DNA of 64,000 nucleotides from Candidatus Eiseniibacteriota bacterium (GCA_963783375.1 CAWANH010000028.1:1632001-1696000); one strand, 5' to 3'; shown: positions 29,367 through 38,148, counted from the stretch's first letter. The notes: generated by a model from the sequence alone, not told the origin. Translations and numbers: made by a program.

Positions 29367-31754
29367 TCAGCCCGAGCGGGGCTTTTCGATCCCGAGTTTC
29401 TTGATCCGTCCGGTCAGGGTGGTGCGGCTCATGCGGAGGAGCCGGGCCGCGCCGGATGTGTTCCAATCGGAAGCCTCGAGGGCGTTGATGACCCGGGCCC
29501 GCTCGATCTCTTCCAGTTCCTCGGGGAGCGAACCCGATTCGGAGGAGCCGGAAAGACCGATGAAGTGCTCGGGTCGGAGGTCGGCTTCACTGGGAGCGAG
29601 GGCGGAGGCCCGTTCCATGGCCAGACGCAGTTCCCGGATGTTTCCGGGCCATGGCTGCCCCATGAGCCATTGTACGGTTTCGAAGCTCAGCTTCTGCTTC
29701 CGGCCATAGTTGTGATTGAGTCGCCCCAGGAAGAAGCGGGCAAGGGGAGCGATGTCGGACAACCGATCCCGCAATGGGGGCAGGTTGATTTCGAGGCCTC
29801 GAAGCCTGAAGTATAGGTCCTTTCTGAACTTGCCGTTCTGAACTCCCTTCTCCAGGTCTGCATTCGTGGCCGCGACGATCCGAACGTCGGCCTTCTCGTA
29901 GCGAGTGCCGCCGACCGGACGGAACTCGCCGGTCTCGATAACCCTGAGAAGTTTGGCCTGTGCGGATGACGTCATCTCCCCGATCTCATCCAGGAAGAGG
30001 GTCCCCTCATGGGCCTCCCTGAAGAGCCCGGGCTTGTCGAAAATCGCGCCGGTGAACGCCCCCCGGCGATGTCCGAAGAGTTCGCTCTCCATGATCTCGG
30101 CGGGGAGCGCCCCGCAGTTGATGGCCAGGAAGGGGCCGTCACTCCGGCCGCTCAAGGTATGGACGAGCCGGGCGAACAGCTCCTTGCCGGTGCCGCTCTG
30201 TCCTCGGATCAGCACGGGTACTCCGGAAGGAGAGATTTTGGAGATCCAGGACGACTGCTCTCTGAGCCGGGGTGACCGGGTTATGATGCCGTGCGCTTCC
30301 AGGTCGACCCGGGGGAGATCCTTGGAAATCGGGCTAAGAGGGAGATCCCCGCCGGCCGCCTCGCCGAGCGAATCATCGATCATGTCGGCCGGCGCATCGA
30401 CCGGATCATCGACTCCGAATCCTTCCTTCTCCCGCTTATTTCGCCAACGCTCGAGAAGCGGAAGGGCGCCGCAGCTCTCGGCGAGGAATTCCGTGCGAGC
30501 CCACCATTCGGATGCGTCCTTCGTCCTCCCGCTGCGACTCATCATGGTGGAAATCTCGTGGGAGGAAAGCAGGTACTCATAGCCGAATCCGAGCGTCCTT
30601 GCCTTTTCTGCATGCGCTAGGAGCCGCCCCGTCACATCATCCGTGTCCCCCTGATACCACGCGAGCAACGCGCCTATCCGGTCGAGAGCCAGAGTATCCT
30701 CGGGCTCACTGGCGGAAGAGGCGAAGGCGGTGGCAGCTTCAAGATGGAATTGAGCCTTGTCAAAATCACCGAAACCGATGTTGGCCTCGGCACTCCTGCG
30801 GTGGAGCTCGATTAGAAGATCCGAAGATCCTGACAACTCCTCGGCGCACTCGACGGCGGAGGCAAACGCGTCATTCGCGCCACCTTCATCGCCAAGCAAC
30901 ACCAGGGCGTCCGCGAGATATTCCAAAGCCAGGGCCCGTTCTCTCAGCAGCTGCAGTTCAATCGATTCGGCGAGCGCCTTCTTTGCATAAGACTCTGCTG
31001 CAATCCCATCCCCTTGCCGCAGGGAGACCATCGCGAGCCCAAGCGTTCCCCTGAGCGCGCGCTTTCGTGATCGGATCAGCTCGGACGCGCGAGTAGCGAA
31101 CTGATACGACTCCTTGGCGGTCAGGAACTCACCGCTTTCGATAGCCAATGCACCGAGGTTTATCGAGACCCCGGCAAGCATGGGGGCATCTTCCATCACG
31201 AGGCACAGGCCCCTGGCGCGTTCAAGTACTGCCCGGGCACTCCGTCTATCAGAGTCCAACCGCAGTGCAGCTGCAAGCGGCAGACTTGCTCGGACGACAT
31301 CGTGTGTGTTTGAGCCAGTGGATTGGTAGGTTGCCCGAGAGAGATCCAGGAGGCGTACCGCTCCCTGAGGATCACCCTCGGCCAGACGGCAGATTCCAAG
31401 GGCCAGCAAGCCCTCCGCTTCCATCTCCGGGCGAGCGGTCGAGGTGCCCGTCTTCTTGAGAAACTTCGCAATTCGAGCTGCACGCCCCACCCGGCCGGCA
31501 ATCAGATGGTGATTCCATGTACCGGAAAGCAATCGCATGTACTTACTTTGACTCTCCGTTGGCAACGATCTCCAGGTCCGAGCCGCTCGCTTTGAAGCAA
31601 GGCGTCTTCCCGAGTCCGCTTCCACTTCAAAAGCAATTCGCAAGAGTTCGGTCGCACGGGAAGGATCAAGATGATCCGTGCTCGGTGTCGAAGCTTCCGA
31701 GGTGCGGAGTGACGTCAGATGGTGGAGCAACTCACTTTCATTGTGTACAGGCAT
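29367..31754 (-). CDS. TPR-domain sigma54-dependent transcriptional activator (bEBP) with Fis-type HTH
   Basis: Walker A GQSGTGKE, 'ESELFGHRRGAFTGA', 'FLDEIGE', 'FRKDLYFRL', 'WPGNIREL', HTH. N-terminal ~450 aa are TPR-like (e.g. 'AGVSINLGALAIESGEFLTAKESYQFA'). ATG lies 2 nt after the upstream peptide stop. Confidence 0.9.
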   Translation of the reverse strand: MPVHNESELLHHLTSLRTSEASTPSTDHLDPSRATELLRIAFEVEADSGRRLASKRAARTWRSLPTESQSKYMRLLSGTWNHHLIAGRVGRAARIAKFLKKTGTSTARPEMEAEGLLALGICRLAEGDPQGAVRLLDLSRATYQSTGSNTHDVVRASLPLAAALRLDSDRRSARAVLERARGLCLVMEDAPMLAGVSINLGALAIESGEFLTAKESYQFATRASELIRSRKRALRGTLGLAMVSLRQGDGIAAESYAKKALAESIELQLLRERALALEYLADALVLLGDEGGANDAFASAVECAEELSGSSDLLIELHRRSAEANIGFGDFDKAQFHLEAATAFASSASEPEDTLALDRIGALLAWYQGDTDDVTGRLLAHAEKARTLGFGYEYLLSSHEISTMMSRSGRTKDASEWWARTEFLAESCGALPLLERWRNKREKEGFGVDDPVDAPADMIDDSLGEAAGGDLPLSPISKDLPRVDLEAHGIITRSPRLREQSSWISKISPSGVPVLIRGQSGTGKELFARLVHTLSGRSDGPFLAINCGALPAEIMESELFGHRRGAFTGAIFDKPGLFREAHEGTLFLDEIGEMTSSAQAKLLRVIETGEFRPVGGTRYEKADVRIVAATNADLEKGVQNGKFRKDLYFRLRGLEINLPPLRDRLSDIAPLARFFLGRLNHNYGRKQKLSFETVQWLMGQPWPGNIRELRLAMERASALAPSEADLRPEHFIGLSGSSESGSLPEELEEIERARVINALEASDWNTSGAARLLRMSRTTLTGRIKKLGIEKPRSG

Positions 31755-31756
31755 TG

Positions 31757-32044
31757 TTACAACCACCTGAAGGTGATCAGCAGAAACATCTCGAGGCGGA
31801 GCGCCTGGCGACCCAGGGCGACGATGGGCCAATTGGCGTTGCCCAACATCGGAAAGTGAGTAGGGGAAGACCATTCCTCGGGTTTGCTGTCCCATCCCCC
31901 GGATGTTCCAGGCAGCTGCATGACCTGTGAGGAATTTGCCAGGGCGGCCATTGGGTTGACCGTTAGGGCAAGGAGGCTGAGCGAGAGGAGAAGAAGAACG
32001 GCCATGAGGGTTTTACCCGCACGCCGCTTGAGTCCCTGTGCCAT
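31757..32044 (-). CDS. Small secreted peptide precursor 1 (95 aa) with WDSKPEEW motif and hydrophobic C-tail
   Basis: AGGGGG RBS, basic n-region plus h-region and ALA cleavage site, motif shared with the neighbouring peptide, stop 2 nt from the bEBP start. Confidence 0.75.
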   Translation of the reverse strand: MAQGLKRRAGKTLMAVLLLLSLSLLALTVNPMAALANSSQVMQLPGTSGGWDSKPEEWSSPTHFPMLGNANWPIVALGRQALRLEMFLLITFRWL

Positions 32045-32137
32045 GAAAGGGTTCCCCCTTCACGTCCCTCGGGAACGCCGAATGGAAGTGAGCAGTTCGC
32101 ATCCACACCGCAGTTGGGTGCCACCGGTTACGGTGAG

Positions 32138-32166
32138 AAAATATATCGAAAACATGGATATGTCAA
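32138..32166 (-). promoter_or_regulatory. Sigma70-type promoter for the peptide 1-bEBP operon
   Basis: TTGACA-17 nt-TATTTT on the minus strand, about 95 nt upstream of the peptide 1 ATG. Confidence 0.6.
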
Positions 32167-32379
32167 TTCTGTTTTCAACGGGACCCCCTTCGCCCGCTAA
32201 GTGAATGTTGTCCATTTGGTTGTAATATGTATCGTGGCAAGGAATTGGACATCCTGCCGCGCGGTATGGGAACTCCCGGGGCGGAAGAGCGTGGCTAGTT
32301 GCCGATGGGCCCCTCGGCCGTGTCTCGCCGATCGGAAGGTGAACCAAAGTCCGGTGATTGTCGGACCGGGACTGAGAGT

Positions 32380-32715
32380 TCAGTTCGCCCGAAGAAGCGA
32401 TACAAGGATGAGCGAGAAGAACGACGCAAGAGAGCTCCCAGTCCGCGTCGTCCACCGGTCAGGCTGACTGTCTCCGGCCTGACCACCTTGGCTTGTGGTC
32501 ACATGTTCTGCCCCAGCAGGCTGCAACGCTCTGCGAGTTTGGGGTTGACCCCACCAATCAGGCTTGCTCCCCCACGCCTCGTGCGTAGTACTCGAGGTGA
32601 CGTGGGCTGGTTTGGCGATCAACACATCCGGCAGGGCCGCCAACGCGACGAAGAGGACAACGGCCAATAAGAGTGAAGTGGGGTGCGCCGGTCGATGAGC
32701 ATCTCGGCGAATCAT
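32380..32715 (-). CDS. Small secreted peptide precursor 2 (111 aa) with two S-[KQ]-P-D-x-W repeats and hydrophobic C-tail
   Basis: AAGGAG RBS, signal-like N-terminus, internal repeats HVTSSTTHEAWGSKPDWW / HVTTSQGGQAGDSQPDRW. Confidence 0.75.
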   Translation of the reverse strand: MIRRDAHRPAHPTSLLLAVVLFVALAALPDVLIAKPAHVTSSTTHEAWGSKPDWWGQPQTRRALQPAGAEHVTTSQGGQAGDSQPDRWTTRTGSSLASFFSLILVSLLRAN

Positions 32716-32900
32716 GGGGTGCTCCTTTCACTGGCCCGTGCCCGCTTTCCCAAGAGCGGCGATCCGGGCCAAATCCTGGCCGGGTCGACAAGGTAGGGTC
32801 GTCTTCAATCGCGACTATAAAGTAGATTGCCGGGAAGAAAGTACCCAAAACAGTCGGTTTTCGTGGGTTTCAGGATAGGAAGTGCCTATTTCATGGTTTG

Positions 32901-32933
32901 GATGTTCGCAATAAAGTCTTTATTGCGAACATC
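32901..32933. repeat. Perfect 16-1-16 inverted repeat
   Basis: GATGTTCGCAATAAAG-T-CTTTATTGCGAACATC. Confidence 0.95.
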
Positions 32934-32957
32934 AAGATCCGATCGGTCCGGGGTGAA

Positions 32958-34474
32958 CTAGGGTCGATAGGTGAGTGTGGCTTCGGCATACGTCCCCCCG
33001 AACCACCCCGACACCGCGATGGGAGGCCCCGGTCTGACGACCTTCGGCTTCTCGACGTGGTCGTTGGCATAGACGAACTGGTGAAGCCCCAGGTCGATCC
33101 CGACGCCGCGGCACGCGAGCGACCCACCCACCGACACCGCCCCCAGCGATACCCGCCGCGTGGCCAGGTGGGTGACCACCCGGTCCGTCTTCCCGAAGAC
33201 CACCTTGGTCCAGGAGTCCACCGTGGCGTTGGGGTGGATCTCGTACCAGCTCAACCCCGCCGACAGACTCCCGCGCGTCCGCAACCTCTCGTATCCCACG
33301 TGGTAGCGCTGCATGCGCCCGTCGGCCGAGACCTGGGCGATCTTGGAGCCGTTGATCCACGCTTCCTGCCATGAGAGAAACGGCCAGCTCTCGACCTTGG
33401 CCCGGCCGAAGGCGTCGCCCTCGGTGTGGGCGAAGTCCACGAGCAGCCGGCTGGCGCCTTGGACCGGGATCTGCACGGCCCCCGACCAGGTGGTGAGGTT
33501 CGCCTCGCCATAGTTGAACAGGAGGTAGCGCTCGCCCGACAGGTATCCCTGGGCGCTCCCCCGCGCGCGGAGATGCGTGTAGCGAGCCAGGACCCTGCGC
33601 CCGTCCGCACGGCCGGCCCCGATCTCGTGCTCCCGAAACGCCCCCGAGCCGTCGGGGAGGAACGCGTACCCGGATGAGCCGCTCAACCCCCGGTCGGGCT
33701 CCACGGTGGTCTCGTGGACCCGGGACTCCACCGCCACGGTCCGCCAGATCCGGATCCGGGCCCCGTAGTTCAGCTCCCGCGCCCGGAGGTTGAGCGGGGA
33801 GTCCACCAGCTCGGACTCGACCCGGGCCGCCACCCCCGGCGAGCAGGTCGAGAGCGACCGGTGCGCCTCGACCCGGATCCGGTCCCGAAACCGGTACCGG
33901 AGCCCGTACCGGACCGGCGTCTCCGTGAACTCACACGAGGCGCCGCCCAGGGGGGCCTCGGCCTGGAGGTCCAGACCGGGGAGGAGGCCGGTGAGCCGGG
34001 CCAGTCCCCGGTACGCGGTCCCGTTGTCCTCGGCGTCCACCCGGCTCTGACTGGTCCGGAGCGCGTGGTGGGCGGTTCCCCACGTTCCGGCGAGCTGCAC
34101 CTGGAGCCGCCGGCCCCGGGCCGTCCAGCCGTCCTGGGCCACCAGCTCCACCACCGTCCGGTCCAGGAGCATCTTGTTCCGGGTGAGCCGGCGGGTGATG
34201 GGGGAGGAGCTTCCCTGGCGGAGCGAGACCGCCCGGTCGCGGTCGAGGAGCGGCCGGCGCCACCACCCGGCCTGGCCCTCCAGACGGGAGAGAAACGGAT
34301 CGCCCCCCAGGGCCAGGTCGGGCCGGCTCCCGAGCTGCAACAGCTCCAGCGGGTAGTCGGCGGGAAGGGCGGCGCGGGCGACCGCCGGCGCCGCGGCCAG
34401 GGCCAACGCCACCAGCAGCAGCCGGGCGGGAAGCTTCGTGCTCCCCGCCCGGAACCGTTCTCGCAGGGCCTCAT
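32958..34474 (-). CDS. Putative outer-membrane beta-barrel protein (start uncertain; possible frameshift near 34450)
   Basis: Signal-like 'ARLLLVALALAAAPAVARA', alternating aromatic/hydrophobic strands, C-terminus 'YAEATLTYRP'. Confidence 0.6.
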
Positions 34475-34495
34475 CCCTAGCCCGTCCGCGAAGCA

Positions 34496-37006
34496 CTACG
34501 GAGCGCTTCGGTGTGCCGGCTTCGTCGCGGGAGGCGCGAACTCCACGCCGTTGGTCCAGTCCAGGCGCAGGGCTTTGTTCCAGCCGTCGGTTTCGATCCC
34601 GAAGAGCTGTGCGAGCTGGTCCACGTTCTGGATTCCCGGGAACAGGCCGTTCACGGTCGCGCTCGGGAACTGGCCCGCCCACTGGGCGTAGGTGTTCGCG
34701 CTGAACGTGAGGACCGGGATATCGACCATCCGATCCGCGATCTCGTAGCCCTCGGAGTAATCGACCGTGATCGATTGGGTCCCCTCTGCAAAGTTACCGC
34801 TGTAGGTCACGTAGACGTCGAGGTATCCGGACCAGTTGGGTATGGCCTGGATCGCCGAGATTCTCTGGTCTGCGAGGCTTTGGAGCGTGCTCGTGAGCCA
34901 GGCTGGCCCCGAGCAGTAGGAGTAATCCTCTCTGCCGTTGTAGTAGTACACGCTGCAGTTCGCGCTGTAGGAGCCGGCGGAGGGAGCCGTGACGGCCCCG
35001 GTGAGGGTGCCGTCGTGGTAGAAGTAGCTCTCGTCGTAAGGAACCGTCTCCAGGGAGACCGTGTACGGCGGCACCATCTTCTTCCAGTCCTGGACCGGGG
35101 TGCCGAAGAACGCGGCCAGGTTGATGGTGAGGGGCGCGTCCGGGGTGGACGAGTTCCCGTCCCAGTCCTCGGTCCGCGTCACCGGCCCCAGGAAGGCGGC
35201 CCGGATGTCGGGCAGGTCGTTGTTCTGGAAGTCCTCCAGGTCGGAGCGGTTGAGACCGTCGGGGCCGATCTTGATGAGGTCGTGGGTCTGGGCCGTGCCT
35301 CCCGGCTCGGCCAGGAGCGAGGTGATGGCGGCGTCCACGTCGTCGGCGGCGGCCACCAGCTCGGAGGGGACGCTCTGCATGTAGCTCTGCCCACCGCTCC
35401 GGAGCTTCCCCAGGCTTCCCGAGTTCTGGTTCAGTCCCGCCGTCACGCTTGATCCGTCGTAGGCCGGGAGATCCGCATCGTAAGCCATGGCCGCATAGCA
35501 GCCGGCCCGGAGCCCGTGGAGCGCGGCCCGGAGAGCCAGGAAGTCGGTCCGGTCCGCGGTCACCGGGTCCTCGTACTCGTCCCCCTGCATCCGGGGGGAG
35601 ATGGTGAACTCGAAGGTCGGGGCGGCGAGCACCTTCTCCAGGTGGTCCAGCCCCGAGGCCGCGAGCGGCAGGACCTTGTTCTTGAGAATGTTCTGGGTCC
35701 GCGAGATCTCCGGCACACCGGCCTGCGGCTCCATGGCCGCCAGGAAGAGGTTCCTCTGGATGAGCGCCAGGGGAAGCGCCAGCGCCCCGCTTCCGGCGGG
35801 GAGGCTGGGGGTGACCCGCGCGAGGCCCTTCGACGCCCCGTGCTCGAACGGGAGGTAGTCGCTCAGGTAGCTGTCCCACTCGTCGAAGGCGGCGTTCACC
35901 TCGTCGTCGGCGAAGAGCGCGGCCAGGTCCAGGATGGCCAGGGCCAGGTTGGCCTCGGGGTCGTCGGGCTCGCACGTGAGAACCTGAGCGTAGAAGTCCC
36001 GGGGCTCGGTCAGATCGATATCGGCCGGTCGCTGCACATACAAGTCGTTGAGGAGGGGGTAGAGCTGGTCCTCCAGCGACGCGTAGGCCCGGGCCCGGAG
36101 CAGATCCAGGTTGCCGCACCCACCGCCGCCGGGAAACAGGGTGGGATCATCCGGGATCCGGGACGGATCCAGACCGGGTACGTTCGCGGAGGCGTAGGTC
36201 TTGGTCGCCGCGGCCAGGGGTTTCACGCCCTCCGTGTCGATCCCCGGGAAGCCCTCGTCGGTTCCCCCCGGAACTGCACGCCGGAGGGCGTTGCCCTGCG
36301 CGTCTCTTCCGTCCAGGATCCCGTCCGAAAAGTCGTCGGCCAGGAGCACGATGATCTGCCCCATGCCGGATTCCGTGACCGCCGCGGCGAGTAGGGCGTC
36401 GTCGTGGACCAGGGTGGAGATCCCCCCCAGGAACGCGGCGTAGCGCTTTTCTCCGTCCGTCGCCCCGTCGCCGGTTGCCGGGATCGTCCGCGTGGCGTCG
36501 AAGCCCAGGGCGAGCAGCATCTCCGCGGTGACGTCGTCCCAGGCCTCCCGGACCCCGGTTCCGGTGGCGATCCGCGCCCGGGCCGCGCCGTCGAGCGCCT
36601 GGGTGAAGGGGGAGACGACCACGAAAGGCGTGCCGGACCGGAGATCAAGCCGTCCGGTGAGCTGGTCCTCCCCCCCGAAGGACTCGGCGTGTCCGGTGGC
36701 TTCGTCGGTATAGGCGCCCCCGGTCGAGACCACCAGGAGATCGTCACCCTGGTTGGTCGGGACGCTCACCGTCCAGGTTCCGTCCGAGGCGGTGTTGACC
36801 GGGCCGGCGGCCCGGGCGCCCGGGCGCCCGTTGGTGTTGATGGCGAAGACGGAGACGATGGCTCCGCTCACCGGAGCCTTGGTGACCAGGCCGGAGACCT
36901 GTTTGGAGGCAGGCCCGGTGGGCCCGTTGTCGCCGCCACATCCGAGCGCGAGGGAGAGTGCGAGGATCCCTCCGGCACAAACGAGAATCAGCGAGAGTCT
37001 TCTCAT
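34496..37006 (-). CDS. Large hypothetical surface lipoprotein (836 aa)
   Basis: GAGGAGG RBS, LALGC lipobox, beta-sandwich-like N-terminal domain, typical GC3 codon use. Confidence 0.8.
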   Translation of the reverse strand: MRRLSLILVCAGGILALSLALGCGGDNGPTGPASKQVSGLVTKAPVSGAIVSVFAINTNGRPGARAAGPVNTASDGTWTVSVPTNQGDDLLVVSTGGAYTDEATGHAESFGGEDQLTGRLDLRSGTPFVVVSPFTQALDGAARARIATGTGVREAWDDVTAEMLLALGFDATRTIPATGDGATDGEKRYAAFLGGISTLVHDDALLAAAVTESGMGQIIVLLADDFSDGILDGRDAQGNALRRAVPGGTDEGFPGIDTEGVKPLAAATKTYASANVPGLDPSRIPDDPTLFPGGGGCGNLDLLRARAYASLEDQLYPLLNDLYVQRPADIDLTEPRDFYAQVLTCEPDDPEANLALAILDLAALFADDEVNAAFDEWDSYLSDYLPFEHGASKGLARVTPSLPAGSGALALPLALIQRNLFLAAMEPQAGVPEISRTQNILKNKVLPLAASGLDHLEKVLAAPTFEFTISPRMQGDEYEDPVTADRTDFLALRAALHGLRAGCYAAMAYDADLPAYDGSSVTAGLNQNSGSLGKLRSGGQSYMQSVPSELVAAADDVDAAITSLLAEPGGTAQTHDLIKIGPDGLNRSDLEDFQNNDLPDIRAAFLGPVTRTEDWDGNSSTPDAPLTINLAAFFGTPVQDWKKMVPPYTVSLETVPYDESYFYHDGTLTGAVTAPSAGSYSANCSVYYYNGREDYSYCSGPAWLTSTLQSLADQRISAIQAIPNWSGYLDVYVTYSGNFAEGTQSITVDYSEGYEIADRMVDIPVLTFSANTYAQWAGQFPSATVNGLFPGIQNVDQLAQLFGIETDGWNKALRLDWTNGVEFAPPATKPAHRSAP

Positions 37007-37173
37007 GCTATGGCCTCCTCATCCCCGTTAGATTGAGTGCCTTGCGCCATCCGCGCCCCGGAGGGGTGGAGGCGACCCGGGCGGTACCTTAACACAAGAA
37101 GTTCGCTCTTGATTTCAATTTCGGGCGTGGCGAGCCAGGTTTGGCGGGGGGGGGCAGGGGGGTTGGTCTCCGG

Positions 37174-37195
37174 AGAGTTCACCCGGGTGAATTCT
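37174..37195. promoter_or_regulatory. Near-perfect 22-bp palindrome, candidate operator
   Basis: AGAGTTCACCCGGGTGAATTCT, about 170 bp upstream of the 37006 start. Confidence 0.4.
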
Positions 37196-37559
37196 GGCTG
37201 GGGGAGGGGGGGTGCCGGCGGCCGGGGACTCGCGCCGGCCGGCAGGAACGCCGCGCCCCCCGGGGAGAACGGGCCTGTGGATGGCTCCTTTCCCAACCGG
37301 TGCGCCGGGCTATCCGGATTATCCGGCCTTCGAACTGTTGGCCGTGCAGATTCCGATATCCTGAGCCCGCGGGTTCTTGAGGAAGATTCGAGGCGGACCG
37401 AAGGTCAACCGAAAGCAATGCGGGGAGGGTTTGGGCGTGTGCAAATCGGATAACGACTATCCTAGCCCGGTCCGATAGGCTAATTGCTTGACCCGACCTG
37501 GATGCAATTTTGTTAGGTGGACAGCGGGAGTGAGATCGAATGAGGCCGGTGAGGTTCAG

Positions 37560-38051
37560 TTGAAGGGCGTACGAGTTGCGATTCGAATGATGAAGAGTAC
37601 CGAAGCCCACGACTGCGAAGCGATCCTCCGTTCTCTCCCGGATTGGTTTGGGATAGAGGCGGCAATCGTTTCGTATCGTCGGGACATCGAGTCAATGGAC
37701 ACCTACGTGGCGGAAGCCGCGGGACAGCTCGTCGGATTCATCACGGTGCGCATCCACAATGAGTACTCAGCGGAGATCCAGGTGATGGCGGTGTCCGCGG
37801 CTCATCACAGGAAGGGCATTGGCCGCGAGCTCGTGGTCCATGCAGAGCAAGTTCTTCGCGCGCAATCGGTGGAGTATCTTCAGGTCAAGACTTTGGGGCC
37901 CTCGCGGCCGAGCGAGCACTATCAGCGCACACGGGAATTCTATGCTGACGTCGGCTTCCGCCCCTTGGAGGAGAACCAGCTTTGGGGAGAGGTCAACCCC
38001 TGTCTCATGATGGTCAAGCATCTCGGAGGCGATTTGGGACAGGCCGATTGA
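37560..38051 (+). CDS. GNAT N-acetyltransferase (integron-type gene cassette)
   Basis: 'ILRSLPDWFG', 'HHRKGIGREL', 'YLQVKTLGPS', 'TREFY..VGF'. Lower GC; stop codon overlaps the attC R'' box. Confidence 0.85.
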   Translation: MKGVRVAIRMMKSTEAHDCEAILRSLPDWFGIEAAIVSYRRDIESMDTYVAEAAGQLVGFITVRIHNEYSAEIQVMAVSAAHHRKGIGRELVVHAEQVLRAQSVEYLQVKTLGPSRPSEHYQRTREFYADVGFRPLEENQLWGEVNPCLMMVKHLGGDLGQAD

Positions 38052-38148
38052 CAAGCCACTGCAGCCGGCAAAGTTGCCCTGTGACGCTCGCTGCTTGCGC
38101 AGCCAGCGCGCCAGGCCGCCTTTAAAGCTGAGCGGTAGCGCGTTAGCT
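38046..38148 (+). mobile_element. attC recombination site
   Basis: R'' GATTGAC, L'' CCACTGCAGC, L' GCTGAGCGG (one extrahelical base), R' GTTAGCT, apical hairpin GCTGC-TTGC-GCAGC. Confidence 0.75.

Noticed and set aside
32235-32250. TGGCAAGGAATTGGA on the + strand as a sigma54 promoter
   Set aside because: No GC at -12 and no credible downstream + strand gene.
32060-32455. 131-aa minus-strand ORF between the two peptides as a third peptide
   Set aside because: No signal peptide or motif; overlaps peptide 2 and the promoter.
31757-32715. RiPP biosynthetic cluster as the primary interpretation
   Set aside because: No radical SAM, YcaO, lanthipeptide or transporter gene nearby, and the precursors have Sec-like signals. 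Kept only as an alternative.
32871-32888. GGCACTTCCTATCC (minus strand) as a sigma54 promoter for peptide 2
   Set aside because: The -12 position reads CC instead of the near-invariant GC.
37037-37453. ORFs upstream of the cassettes as an integron integrase remnant
   Set aside because: No tyrosine-recombinase motifs (R...HxxR...Y) seen; low-complexity G-rich sequence.
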